This document shows, one piece after another, positions 1 to 7,486 of a DNA stretch of 64,000 nt. The notes under the pieces were generated by a model, which did not search any database, was not told where the DNA came from, and saw only the letters and a list, made by a program, of their open reading frames with translations. The translations under genes were made by a program, and so were the position numbers. The DNA lies in the IMG/VR virus record IMGVR_UViG_3300021197_001653, positions 1 to 64,000 of that record, one strand, 5' to 3'. Each line of letters starts with the position of its first letter. Within the stretch, counting starts at the first letter, position 1. Source of the DNA: a virus.

Positions 1-13
1 TGTTTTAATTTTT

Positions 14-220
14 TTAATTTAAATTTATACTTCTGCTTAAAATAATTATAATAATCCATATATTAAATATAGGGATTATACTAAATATAATAGCAAATAT
101 AAATGTTTTTTTATCATATCCATATTGGAACTTTTTTATTGTACACATTAATAATATTATGTGAAATAATAATAATGATATTATATATAATATTTTTAAA
201 TTTATAAGTAATTCATCCAT
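14..220 (-). CDS. small membrane protein (early region)
   Basis: 68 aa, two hydrophobic segments, abuts the next ORF. Confidence 0.65.
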   Translation of the reverse strand: MDELLINLKILYIISLLLFHIILLMCTIKKFQYGYDKKTFIFAIIFSIIPIFNIWIIIIILSRSINLN

Positions 221-456
221 TATAAAAAATGTTTTATTTTAATATAATTTCTGTACCATATATATGATATACAAATCCATACTATAATGCTATAATAAGG
301 TTTATTACATAATATACACAATATAAGAGTAAATACACTTGTTATAAATGTATATTTAACTAATATATATTCATAATCTGATTTTATTTTCACACTAATT
401 AATACTGATATTGCAAAAATTGATGTAATTATAATTGATATTAATACTATATCCAT
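220..456 (-). CDS. small membrane protein
   Basis: 78 aa, about 3 hydrophobic segments; AACATT-ATG start context. Confidence 0.7.
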   Translation of the reverse strand: MDIVLISIIITSIFAISVLISVKIKSDYEYILVKYTFITSVFTLILCILCNKPYYSIIVWICISYIWYRNYIKIKHFL

Positions 457-475
457 AATGTTTTTATTTTTTAAT

Positions 476-670
476 TTATTCTAAATATTCATGTAATAAA
501 GCTATTATTAAAAACATTGCAATAATAAATACTATACCTATAACAAATAATCCTACTGCACCATCACTTGACAATGATGACCACATATCTAAAATACGTG
601 AAATGTACATTGATAACATTATTACATATAATAATGCAAATGATATTATATATTTTGATTTTGTGTTCAT
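476..670 (-). CDS. small membrane protein
   Basis: 64 aa, two TM-like segments; 4-nt overlap with upstream ORF. Confidence 0.7.
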   Translation of the reverse strand: MNTKSKYIISFALLYVIMLSMYISRILDMWSSLSSDGAVGLFVIGIVFIIAMFLIIALLHEYLE

Positions 671-921
671 AATATTCTTTTTATTTCGTTATTAATATTT
701 GTTTTATATTTTGCATGTAATATTCTTTTCTTAACTCTACATAATAATACTTCAAAACTTCTTTTTGTATAATAATTAAATTTAGGATAAAGCATTTTAA
801 TTATTAAATTTTTATCCCATACATCGTTGATATTCATTGATAATAATATATCTATTAAACTATCTGTAATTATAGGAGCTGTTAATTGTCTAGGTCTTGA
901 TACACTTTTTATATGTTTCAT
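667..921 (-). CDS. hypothetical basic protein
   Basis: 84 aa, coupled to neighbours. Confidence 0.65.
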   Translation of the reverse strand: MKHIKSVSRPRQLTAPIITDSLIDILLSMNINDVWDKNLIIKMLYPKFNYYTKRSFEVLLCRVKKRILHAKYKTNINNEIKRIL

Positions 922-1637
922 TATAATTTTTCTTTAACCCATTGTTCACTTAATTGTGTCCCATGAAATGTCCATGATTTCTTACAATGAGATGTATTAT
1001 ACATCGCTTGTGCACCGTCTAAGAAAGCTAATTTACATTTTACTTCCATTTCCTTTCTATCCCAACTATCCTTAATTGGATGAATAGTTATTGTGTTATG
1101 TGAATCTATTTTAAGTTTATAATCATGTAATTTTAAAGGATTATTAAATGGATTATTATAGTCCTTATTAACAGGTTTATACTCAACCATAACCTTATCA
1201 ATACCACCTTCTTTACAATATTTTTCAATAAATGCTTGTGATGGTTGAGGTAAACTATCTTTATAAAACATAGCTTTATATGTTGCAGTAGCTATTTTTT
1301 CTATTTTCAAAGATTTATCAGTAGTTGCTATGATTTTTCTACATTTATATTGTACAATTGAATTAAAATCTTTAAAATTAGACCAAACACTATTTCTATT
1401 AGTGTTACTAGTGGCTTGATATATCTTATTTAAATATATAAACCAATCACCTTCTTTAATTTCTTCATCTGTTGTGAAGTATAGGTGTTGATAAGACATA
1501 TATTTACTTGTATCAACAGCATGATTATAGAAATGTTTATTAGATTTATGTATTAATAAATCTAAACTATTATTATAAATAATATCTGTCTTTTCTTCTG
1601 TTGGTAACATTATTACCTTTGCTCTTTTAAGTTCCAT
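921..1637 (-). CDS. conserved phage hypothetical protein
   Basis: 238 aa; motifs QHLYFTTDEEIKEGDW, CRKIIATTDKSL and LPQPSQAFIEKY, recalled from Bacteroidota phage hypotheticals. Confidence 0.85.
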   Translation of the reverse strand: MELKRAKVIMLPTEEKTDIIYNNSLDLLIHKSNKHFYNHAVDTSKYMSYQHLYFTTDEEIKEGDWFIYLNKIYQATSNTNRNSVWSNFKDFNSIVQYKCRKIIATTDKSLKIEKIATATYKAMFYKDSLPQPSQAFIEKYCKEGGIDKVMVEYKPVNKDYNNPFNNPLKLHDYKLKIDSHNTITIHPIKDSWDRKEMEVKCKLAFLDGAQAMYNTSHCKKSWTFHGTQLSEQWVKEKL

Positions 1638-1658
1638 TTGTTTACTTTTAAGATTATT

Positions 1659-1936
1659 ACTATAAGCTGAGTGTTGACTTATTATATTATCATTTTATAT
1701 TGTTTCCAATATTATCACACACAATGTATTACTACATGTAGATAACATACTCACGATTTAAAGTCATCGCGACTTATTACTATAAAGTATATAAGTTCAT
1801 TTTCATACCAACTTCCTTACGGGATTCAAAGACTGTCATCTTTTAGATAAATATTATTCAATTCCTTCATATCAAGTCTTGCGAACTATTAATGTCATCA
1901 TATTGCAGATGAATAAGAGTATTGTAACTCTATAGT
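1659..1936 (-). ncRNA. putative ~280-nt structured ncRNA, family unknown
   Basis: No ORF of 60 aa or more; minus-strand hairpins AUAUUG-GAAA-CAAUAU, AUGUA-GUAA-UACAU, CC-GUAA-GG, GUUC-GCAA-GAC; terminal stem ACUAUAGAG/CUUAUAGU. Confidence 0.55.
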
Positions 1937-1980
1937 CTAGAAGTGTTTTGCTTTTTTTTTATGCTTAAAAATAAAAATAA

Positions 1981-2507
1981 ATGATTGGATTAGATAGAAG
2001 TCTCTTCTAGTTGTATATCGTACTGTCTTTTGAACAGCCAAAGATACCAACTCCTATCTATTTTCAGGTGTCACCCTTACTAACTTAATTACTATTTCAT
2101 CCCCATATTTCTATGATGATTACTATTGCAATTATAATAACAACTTCGCTTCTGACTGGCAGCTACTATCATTATTTATTAAACTATTTATTGGTAATTT
2201 CTTACCTCAATATCCCTTTCCATTAAGATATATATAACTCTCCTACTCTGATGAGCCATTCCAAATTATACATTGTTTAATACCTTTCAGTGACATGCAT
2301 ATATAAATGCATGGCAATAAGACTACTCATTTAATAATAGTTTCTTATCACTTTATTCCATTACTGGGTTATCCTACGGCTACGAAGGCTAGCCATTTAC
2401 TATTTACTGTTTGTTATTCCTTATACATCAGATTACATGTATCTCTAGCTTCTTTTTGTTTCAGGATTTCCGCTTTCCCCCCTAATACAACGCTCACTGT
2501 TGTATTA
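1981..2507 (-). ncRNA. large ornate ncRNA, ROOL-like
   Basis: ~520 nt, purine-rich on the minus strand with many stems and GNRA loops; ordered blocks GAAAUCCUGAAACAA, GUAAAU-stem-GUAGGAUAACC..GAAUAAAGUG, CUUAUUGCC..CACUGAA and UCAAAAG resemble ROOL as I recall it. Confidence 0.65.
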
Positions 2508-2711
2508 TTTTATTTTAAAAATTATTATTAATATACAACAAATTAAACCTATTATGTATATTATTGCAGATGCATTAAATAATTTATTTATTTTAGAATA
2601 TAATTTATATCCATTTTCACTCCATCCATGATCACTATATTCATAGTGACACCAATTTATTATACTTATAAGTACAATTATTAATGTTGATATTATTAGA
2701 TATTCTTTCAT
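2505..2711 (-). CDS. small membrane protein
   Basis: 68 aa, two TM-like segments. Confidence 0.65.
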   Translation of the reverse strand: MKEYLIISTLIIVLISIINWCHYEYSDHGWSENGYKLYSKINKLFNASAIIYIIGLICCILIIIFKIK

Positions 2712-2720
2712 TATTTTTAA

Positions 2721-2849
2721 CTATTGTATCATGGCACATATAAATGCTATGATGATTAATAAAAATCCAATTATGTCAGTTGTTGGATCATCTGTGTTCT
2801 CACCAAATAATAATAGTAAGATACCTATTATAAACATAAATGTTAACAT
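2721..2849 (-). CDS. 42-aa membrane peptide (below ORF-track cutoff)
   Basis: Manual translation MLTFMFIIGILLLLFGENTDDPTTDIIGFLLIIIAFICAMIQ; ATATT-ATG start context. Confidence 0.55.
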   Translation of the reverse strand: MLTFMFIIGILLLLFGENTDDPTTDIIGFLLIIIAFICAMIQ

Positions 2850-2862
2850 AATATTAGTAATT

Positions 2863-3081
2863 TTATTTTATTAAATATGTTTTAAAGCCATTATTAATTA
2901 TGTAATGATTATAAAGTGCATTAACATAATTAGCATATTTAGCTCGTCCTTCATGAACTCTTAATCTCTCCAGCTCATGTTGTTGAACTAATACTAACCT
3001 ATAAGGTTGAAATAATAGTTCTTTGATTTTATCTGCTACAGATAGGTGATTTTTATCTGATATCCAATTATTTTGTGACAC
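2863..3081 (-). CDS. hypothetical protein
   Basis: 72 aa, GTG start, co-oriented with the cluster. Confidence 0.65.
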   Translation of the reverse strand: MSQNNWISDKNHLSVADKIKELLFQPYRLVLVQQHELERLRVHEGRAKYANYVNALYNHYIINNGFKTYLIK

Positions 3082-3086
3082 TGTTT

Positions 3087-3212
3087 TTAAGATTTAGTTC
3101 GTTTAACTATTTTAATTATCCTAGATGTATTACAATTACATTTACCACATTTACATCGTCTAGTTCTAGCATGTAATGATACGGCTCGTCTTGTTCTTTC
3201 CTTTATTGGCAT
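3087..3212 (-). CDS. 41-aa basic Cys-rich peptide
   Basis: Manual translation MPIKERTRRAVSLHARTRRCKCGKCNCNTSRIIKIVKRTKS. Confidence 0.5.
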   Translation of the reverse strand: MPIKERTRRAVSLHARTRRCKCGKCNCNTSRIIKIVKRTKS

Positions 3213-3382
3213 GATATTACTATGTTAGTGAATAATAATATATCTATTGTGTATATTATTGATGATATAAATGCATATACTCCAAATGTTGTTGGATACT
3301 CTTCAGTATTTAATATTCTATCCACATATATTAATGTGAATAAGATAGTTATAAATACCATTATTGTTTTAAATATTATCAT
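3203..3382 (-). CDS. 59-aa membrane protein
   Basis: Manual translation MIIFKTIMVFITILFTLIYVDRIL...; AACATT-ATG start context. Confidence 0.6.
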   Translation of the reverse strand: MIIFKTIMVFITILFTLIYVDRILNTEEYPTTFGVYAFISSIIYTIDILLFTNIVISCQ

Positions 3383-3410
3383 AATGTTGTTTTTTAAATT
3401 AATTAAAAAT

Positions 3411-3507
3411 AACTCTCACAAGGTTCCACCTTGCTATTAACTACAGATTATAAATGTGTATTTGCAAATTATGCATTTAATAAATATCCTTACGTTGGAT
3501 GAGAGTT
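3411..3507 (-). ncRNA. intergenic multibranch, tRNA-like structured element
   Basis: 8-bp closing stem AACUCUCA/UGAGAGUU, arms UCC/GGA and UUAUUAA/UUAAUAG, and CAAGG-UGGAA-CCUUG directly 5' of the closing strand. Confidence 0.5.
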
Positions 3508-3520
3508 TTTAGTTGCATAA

Positions 3521-3721
3521 TTATGTAAATTTAAATATTGGTATATTAATATCAACATGATATGTAATAATACAATATATTATTGTTAAAGTAAGATATA
3601 TTATTGTTAAAGCACAACCACCTAATCCATTACCTTCTTGTTCCATATAACTTATATATCTTAAGAATAAAATTGATACTATTATCCATATTACCCAATC
3701 TAAGATGTGTATTGTTATCAT
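3521..3721 (-). CDS. small membrane protein
   Basis: Track ORF 3521..3742; the likely start is 3721, which follows the AATAACATT motif. Confidence 0.65.
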   Translation of the reverse strand: MITIHILDWVIWIIVSILFLRYISYMEQEGNGLGGCALTIIYLTLTIIYCIITYHVDINIPIFKFT

Positions 3722-3728
3722 AATGTTA

Positions 3729-3926
3729 TTATTTATATTCACCTTTCCATACTATAATACCTCTAAGTATTCTTACTATTAAAGCTATTGGAGCAAATAC
3801 TATATTAGCTAAAACAAAAAATGTTTGTGTTTCATAATCATCATCATAGAAATCATGTTGAGATGCATTAAATACACCATAAAATATCCAAAATGTTGTT
3901 ATTAATATTATTTCTAATGTTGTCAT
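3729..3926 (-). CDS. small membrane protein
   Basis: 65 aa, two TM-like segments with an acidic loop. Confidence 0.7.
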   Translation of the reverse strand: MTTLEIILITTFWIFYGVFNASQHDFYDDDYETQTFFVLANIVFAPIALIVRILRGIIVWKGEYK

Positions 3927-3930
3927 AATG

Positions 3931-4077
3931 TTATTGTTTTCTTAATCTTCTTGATTTTCTTACTAATTTAGCTACTTTATCAAAACCTATATCTCTGACT
4001 TTTTTACTAAATAAAGGTGTATCAGTATACCAAAATGGTACTGTCCAACCTCTAACTTTCTTTTGCCACCATTTCAT
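3931..4077 (-). CDS. 48-aa basic, Trp-rich peptide
   Basis: Manual translation MKWWQKKVRGWTVPFWYTDTPLFSKKVRDIGFDKVAKLVRKSRRLRKQ; preceded by AAAACAATAACATT. Confidence 0.6.
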   Translation of the reverse strand: MKWWQKKVRGWTVPFWYTDTPLFSKKVRDIGFDKVAKLVRKSRRLRKQ

Positions 4078-4117
4078 AATGTTATTGTTTTATATTTAAT
4101 TATGTTAATGTATAAAA

Positions 4118-4201
4118 TATAGATATTAAATCCCCTTTACTTGTCATTGACTCACACCTAATTTAAAGAGATAAAATAGTGCTTTAGTATTAATATCTAT
4201 A
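4118..4201 (-). ncRNA. structured intergenic element, possible pseudoknot
   Basis: Perfect 12-bp inverted repeat 4118-4129/4190-4201 enclosing further complementary blocks (UCUCUUUA/UAAAGGGGA). Confidence 0.4.
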
Positions 4202-4401
4202 CTAAATATAACTAAGGTGTAATCTCTATAGATTAAGTTTAACTAACTATACCTTGTTATGTGATAATGATTATTTTTAGCTATAGTATTAATGAAGAGA
4301 ATGATATTTTGATTACTTACCCGATTGGATAAATAGGTGAGATAGGATAGTACCACCCTTACATACCCTATCATATCAAACCCTTCACAATACCTTGTGT
4401 G

Positions 4402-4578
4402 TTAGTTCTTGCTAAATTTAACAAGTGGTTTATTCTTACCTTCAGTAATGGAAGTTGTAGCCATATTAAGCATACCTAAGACTTCCATTTGGTTCTCTGT
4501 ACCTCTTGAACACATTGATAATTCTAATGGTCCTGAATCAGGTCCTGTTACTGTAATAGTTAATGTTCTTTTTTTCAT
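4402..4578 (-). CDS. 58-aa hypothetical protein
   Basis: Manual translation MKKRTLTITVTGPDSGPLELSMCSRGTENQMEVLGMLNMATTSITEGKNKPLVKFSKN; co-oriented with the early cluster. Confidence 0.6.
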   Translation of the reverse strand: MKKRTLTITVTGPDSGPLELSMCSRGTENQMEVLGMLNMATTSITEGKNKPLVKFSKN

Positions 4579-4689
4579 GATAGTAATTGTTTGTTTATTC
4601 TTTTAATAATAAGTATAGTATAATGATAATAAGGAATATGTCCATAATTATAAGTTTAAGTTAGTTTATGTTCCGCCAAGGTTTTATAA

Positions 4690-4726
4690 TAAAAAAGAAA
4701 TAGAGAAGTGACTTAACACCTCTCTA
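4690..4726 (-). terminator. intrinsic terminator after first early gene
   Basis: Minus strand TAGAGAGGTG-TTAAGT-CACTTCTCTA followed by TTTCTTTTTT. Confidence 0.75.
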
Positions 4727-4752
4727 CTCTTTATAGTTCTCTAACCAACTAT

Positions 4753-5196
4753 TTAATTAGTTAATGGTTCTCCAGTCTTACTAGCAGCTACAGCAGGAAC
4801 AATCTCATCAGCAAATGCTCCAAACATAGCATCTAAACCTTCATTGTCTGTTGGTACACCACTTAAGTGAGACATTCTACCCAAGAATACATGCTTACCC
4901 TCTTCCTTAGTAGAAGGCACTTTGTTGATAGTAGTCAAATACTCACTACCAACTGCAAATGTACCATTAGCCTCAGTCATACGAGTGATAGTCTTCTCAG
5001 CTATCTGTACAGTCAACGCTATCTTGTTATCACCAACTAATACATTGGCAAGCTTGTAGCGCTTAGTTTCTTTTTCAGCATTAACATATGTCAACCAGCC
5101 TTCATCTTTCAATGAGATTGCACTGTTTAACATTGTTGTTCCAATTAAGTCAATGCTGTTGCTTAATGGGTTGAACTTTTGAATAAATCCTTTCAT
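4753..5196 (-). CDS. first early gene; possible OB-fold nucleic-acid-binding protein
   Basis: 147 aa, beta-rich with an acidic/flexible tail; visibly higher GC than neighbours; function inferred only. Confidence 0.6.
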   Translation of the reverse strand: MKGFIQKFNPLSNSIDLIGTTMLNSAISLKDEGWLTYVNAEKETKRYKLANVLVGDNKIALTVQIAEKTITRMTEANGTFAVGSEYLTTINKVPSTKEEGKHVFLGRMSHLSGVPTDNEGLDAMFGAFADEIVPAVAASKTGEPLTN

Positions 5197-5335
5197 CTTA
5201 TACGTGTTTAATGATTATACATTCGTTATTAATATTACCCCTAGAGGGTATCGCAAAAGTAAAAAAGAGTGGGGGTTGATGTTTAAGTTGATTCACGTAT
5301 CCATCAAAGTTTTTTAAAAATAATTCCTAAAAAAT

Positions 5336-5366
5336 TTTTTTATTCCAATTATTTTTTGTATCTTTG
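5336..5366 (+). promoter_or_regulatory. Bacteroidota sigma-A-type promoter
   Basis: -7 element TATCTTTG at 5359-5366; weak -33 element. Confidence 0.6.
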
Positions 5367-5391
5367 TATAATAAATTAAAAATATAATATT

Positions 5392-5631
5392 ATGATAATA
5401 GAATTTAAAGAGGAGAATTGGGAGGAAATAGAGGCATTAAAGATTGCTAGACTTAATCAAGTAAAGGAATACATGAAAGAAGAAGGTTTAGACATTAATA
5501 CTTATAATATGGGTCTTATTAAGTCACCAGCTACTGAACTAATAGAGATAGACCTATCTAAAGTAAACCCTAAGCAATTTAGACATATAAAAAGAATACT
5601 TTCAGGTAAATATGATAAATTTGAAAAATAA
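5392..5631 (+). CDS. hypothetical protein
   Basis: 79 aa, downstream of promoter. Confidence 0.7.
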   Translation: MIIEFKEENWEEIEALKIARLNQVKEYMKEEGLDINTYNMGLIKSPATELIEIDLSKVNPKQFRHIKRILSGKYDKFEK

Positions 5632-5643
5632 ATCACTTTTTCC

Positions 5644-5674
5644 TTGTATATGTCAAATATTTTTCGTACCTTTG
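5644..5674 (+). promoter_or_regulatory. Bacteroidota sigma-A-type promoter
   Basis: TTG(5644)-N20-TACCTTTG(5667-5674). Confidence 0.8.
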
Positions 5675-5705
5675 CATAAGTATTAATAAAAAGATATAAA
5701 TAAAG

Positions 5706-5939
5706 ATGTATAAAATATTTGAAGATATACAAGTACAACTCTTGTATTATAAGTATCACTATTATGAAAAGAGTGAATCAGTAGTAACAGATCATCAGTA
5801 TGATGTATTAGAAAAGATAAGTAAAGATCTAGCTAAAGCATTAAATATAAAAGATACCTGCTATAGTTGTATTCACAACATGGTAGGATTTAGTAAGAAT
5901 AGCCCTTATTGGGACAAAGTAAAAGAAAGATTAATATAA
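5706..5939 (+). CDS. stand-alone NAD-dependent DNA ligase Ia-like domain protein
   Basis: YHYYEKSESVVTDHQYDVLEK matches the LigA Ia pattern YY-x5-6-(I/V)(S/T)DxxYDxL; later VG motif. Confidence 0.65.
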   Translation: MYKIFEDIQVQLLYYKYHYYEKSESVVTDHQYDVLEKISKDLAKALNIKDTCYSCIHNMVGFSKNSPYWDKVKERLI

Positions 5940-5940
5940 T

Positions 5941-6390
5941 ATGAAAAACATAAAACTAATATTACTAGGATTATTAATGTCAGTAAGTTCATACTCCCAA
6001 AGTAAAGTAGGTATAAGTAAAGAAATAGATAAATATGCCTTGGAATTTGTAAAAGAATCTGAAAAAAGAGGCGTAGCTATTAAAAGATTAATAATTGATA
6101 GAGTAGATTATATAGTAATATCTAATAAATTACCAAATAGTTTATATGGTGTTACTTTTTTTGATAAACGATCAATTTTTATAAATGAATCTATATTAAA
6201 AGATACTATAAAGACTAAATTCACAGTATTTCATGAATTAGGTCATGCTTTAACAAATAAACTACATGTATGTCAATTGTGTGATCACATTATGTCTGAA
6301 AAAGTTAAAGATTTTACACCATACTCTAATAAAAAACATTGGGATAATACATTAGATGTATTTTTTAAATGGTTATATATTAATCTATAA
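5941..6390 (+). CDS. secreted zinc metallopeptidase (metzincin-like)
   Basis: Signal peptide MKNIKLILLGLLMSVSSYSQ; HELGHALTNKLH motif and downstream IM turn. Confidence 0.75.
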   Translation: MKNIKLILLGLLMSVSSYSQSKVGISKEIDKYALEFVKESEKRGVAIKRLIIDRVDYIVISNKLPNSLYGVTFFDKRSIFINESILKDTIKTKFTVFHELGHALTNKLHVCQLCDHIMSEKVKDFTPYSNKKHWDNTLDVFFKWLYINL

Positions 6391-6549
6391 TAATTAAATA
6401 ATGGAACAGAAAGATTTAAAATACATGGGTTTAGAAGCTGATTTTAACCCAAATGACATATTACTTGGTTTTAAAGCCATATTAGGTATAACAGAAGATA
6501 ATAAGGATATTGAGATGTATAGTCTTGGTTTTATCTTTATAACATTTAC

Positions 6550-6978
6550 GTGGATATGGCAGGAGAAGTAGAAAAGTATTATACACCAACTATAGAAGAG
6601 TTTCATGTTGGGTTTGAGTATGAGATAATGGATGAAAGCAATGGTCAGTATGGTAGTTTTATAATTAAAACTCAATCTGATTTAGTGCATGCTACAGCCT
6701 TTGCTGATTACCAAGAGCCCAGAGTTAAATACCTTGATAAGGATGATATAGAGGATTTAGGGTTTGCAGTGGAACATAGTCCGCTGGCACCTGATAATAT
6801 TATATATAAAAGAGGTGAGGGAGGATTTAATAGGTATGTAAATAGTAATTTTACAATGCAGCATTATACGTCTCAAGATAGATTAGTTATAGCATCACCA
6901 CTTTCTATAATATTTAACGGAACTATCAAAAACAAATCAGAACTTAAAAGGTTATTAAAACAATTAAATATAAAGTAA
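6550..6978 (+). CDS. conserved phage hypothetical protein
   Basis: KYYTPTIEEFHVGFEYE and RVKYLDKDDIEDLGF motifs; start may be 6556. Confidence 0.8.
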   Translation: MDMAGEVEKYYTPTIEEFHVGFEYEIMDESNGQYGSFIIKTQSDLVHATAFADYQEPRVKYLDKDDIEDLGFAVEHSPLAPDNIIYKRGEGGFNRYVNSNFTMQHYTSQDRLVIASPLSIIFNGTIKNKSELKRLLKQLNIK

Positions 6979-7217
6979 TGGATAATTATTTAGAGTTAGT
7001 AACGTTAGTGATGGGATTTTCATTACATTTAGACGATAAGGAAGAGATTATAGCGACTGTGCTAAGTATTAAAGGGGATTTATTTGAGCAGAACGATGAT
7101 GAGGAGTACTATGGTTTAAATATACTTAAAGATGGAATAGCGGTCACGTATGCGAATGGAGATTATTCATTAAGAATGGAAAATTTAATAAAAATTGAGA
7201 AAAATGGGAGTAAGTAA
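6978..7217 (+). CDS. hypothetical protein
   Basis: 79 aa, TAATG coupling. Confidence 0.7.
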   Translation: MDNYLELVTLVMGFSLHLDDKEEIIATVLSIKGDLFEQNDDEEYYGLNILKDGIAVTYANGDYSLRMENLIKIEKNGSK

Positions 7218-7452
7218 AATAATACCTAAAACAATAGGTTATACAGTAAAAGTATATGTTCAACATGGTTATTTTGAATATACAGTAAAAGATATGGCAT
7301 CAGCATTAGCTCATGGGCAAGCTATTATGTCAACGGGTGTTTATAGAAGCGGAACAACGGAAGATAAGGTTGAATTCCATAAAGCATATAAAGTTAAGGT
7401 GGAAGGAAAAGGATTGGCTTCAGAATATCCAGATACATTTAAACGAACATAA
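7195..7452 (+). CDS. hypothetical protein
   Basis: 85 aa; likely start at ATG 7204. Confidence 0.7.
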   Translation: MRKMGVSKIIPKTIGYTVKVYVQHGYFEYTVKDMASALAHGQAIMSTGVYRSGTTEDKVEFHKAYKVKVEGKGLASEYPDTFKRT

Positions 7453-7486
7453 TAAAATCTTTTTTTAAAAATAAATAAGAAAAAAC

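Noticed and set aside
2248-2320. Hammerhead-like core CTGATGAG followed by a GCCAT...ATGGC stem on the plus strand
   Set aside because: No GAAA follows the stem (AATAAG instead), and it is antisense to the likely transcribed strand.
2307-2531. 74-aa plus-strand ORF
   Set aside because: Antisense to the early region and overlapping the structured RNA; probably a shadow ORF.
4409-4606. 65-aa plus-strand ORF (also 3222..3440)
   Set aside because: Antisense shadows of better minus-strand ORFs at 4402..4578 and 3203..3382.
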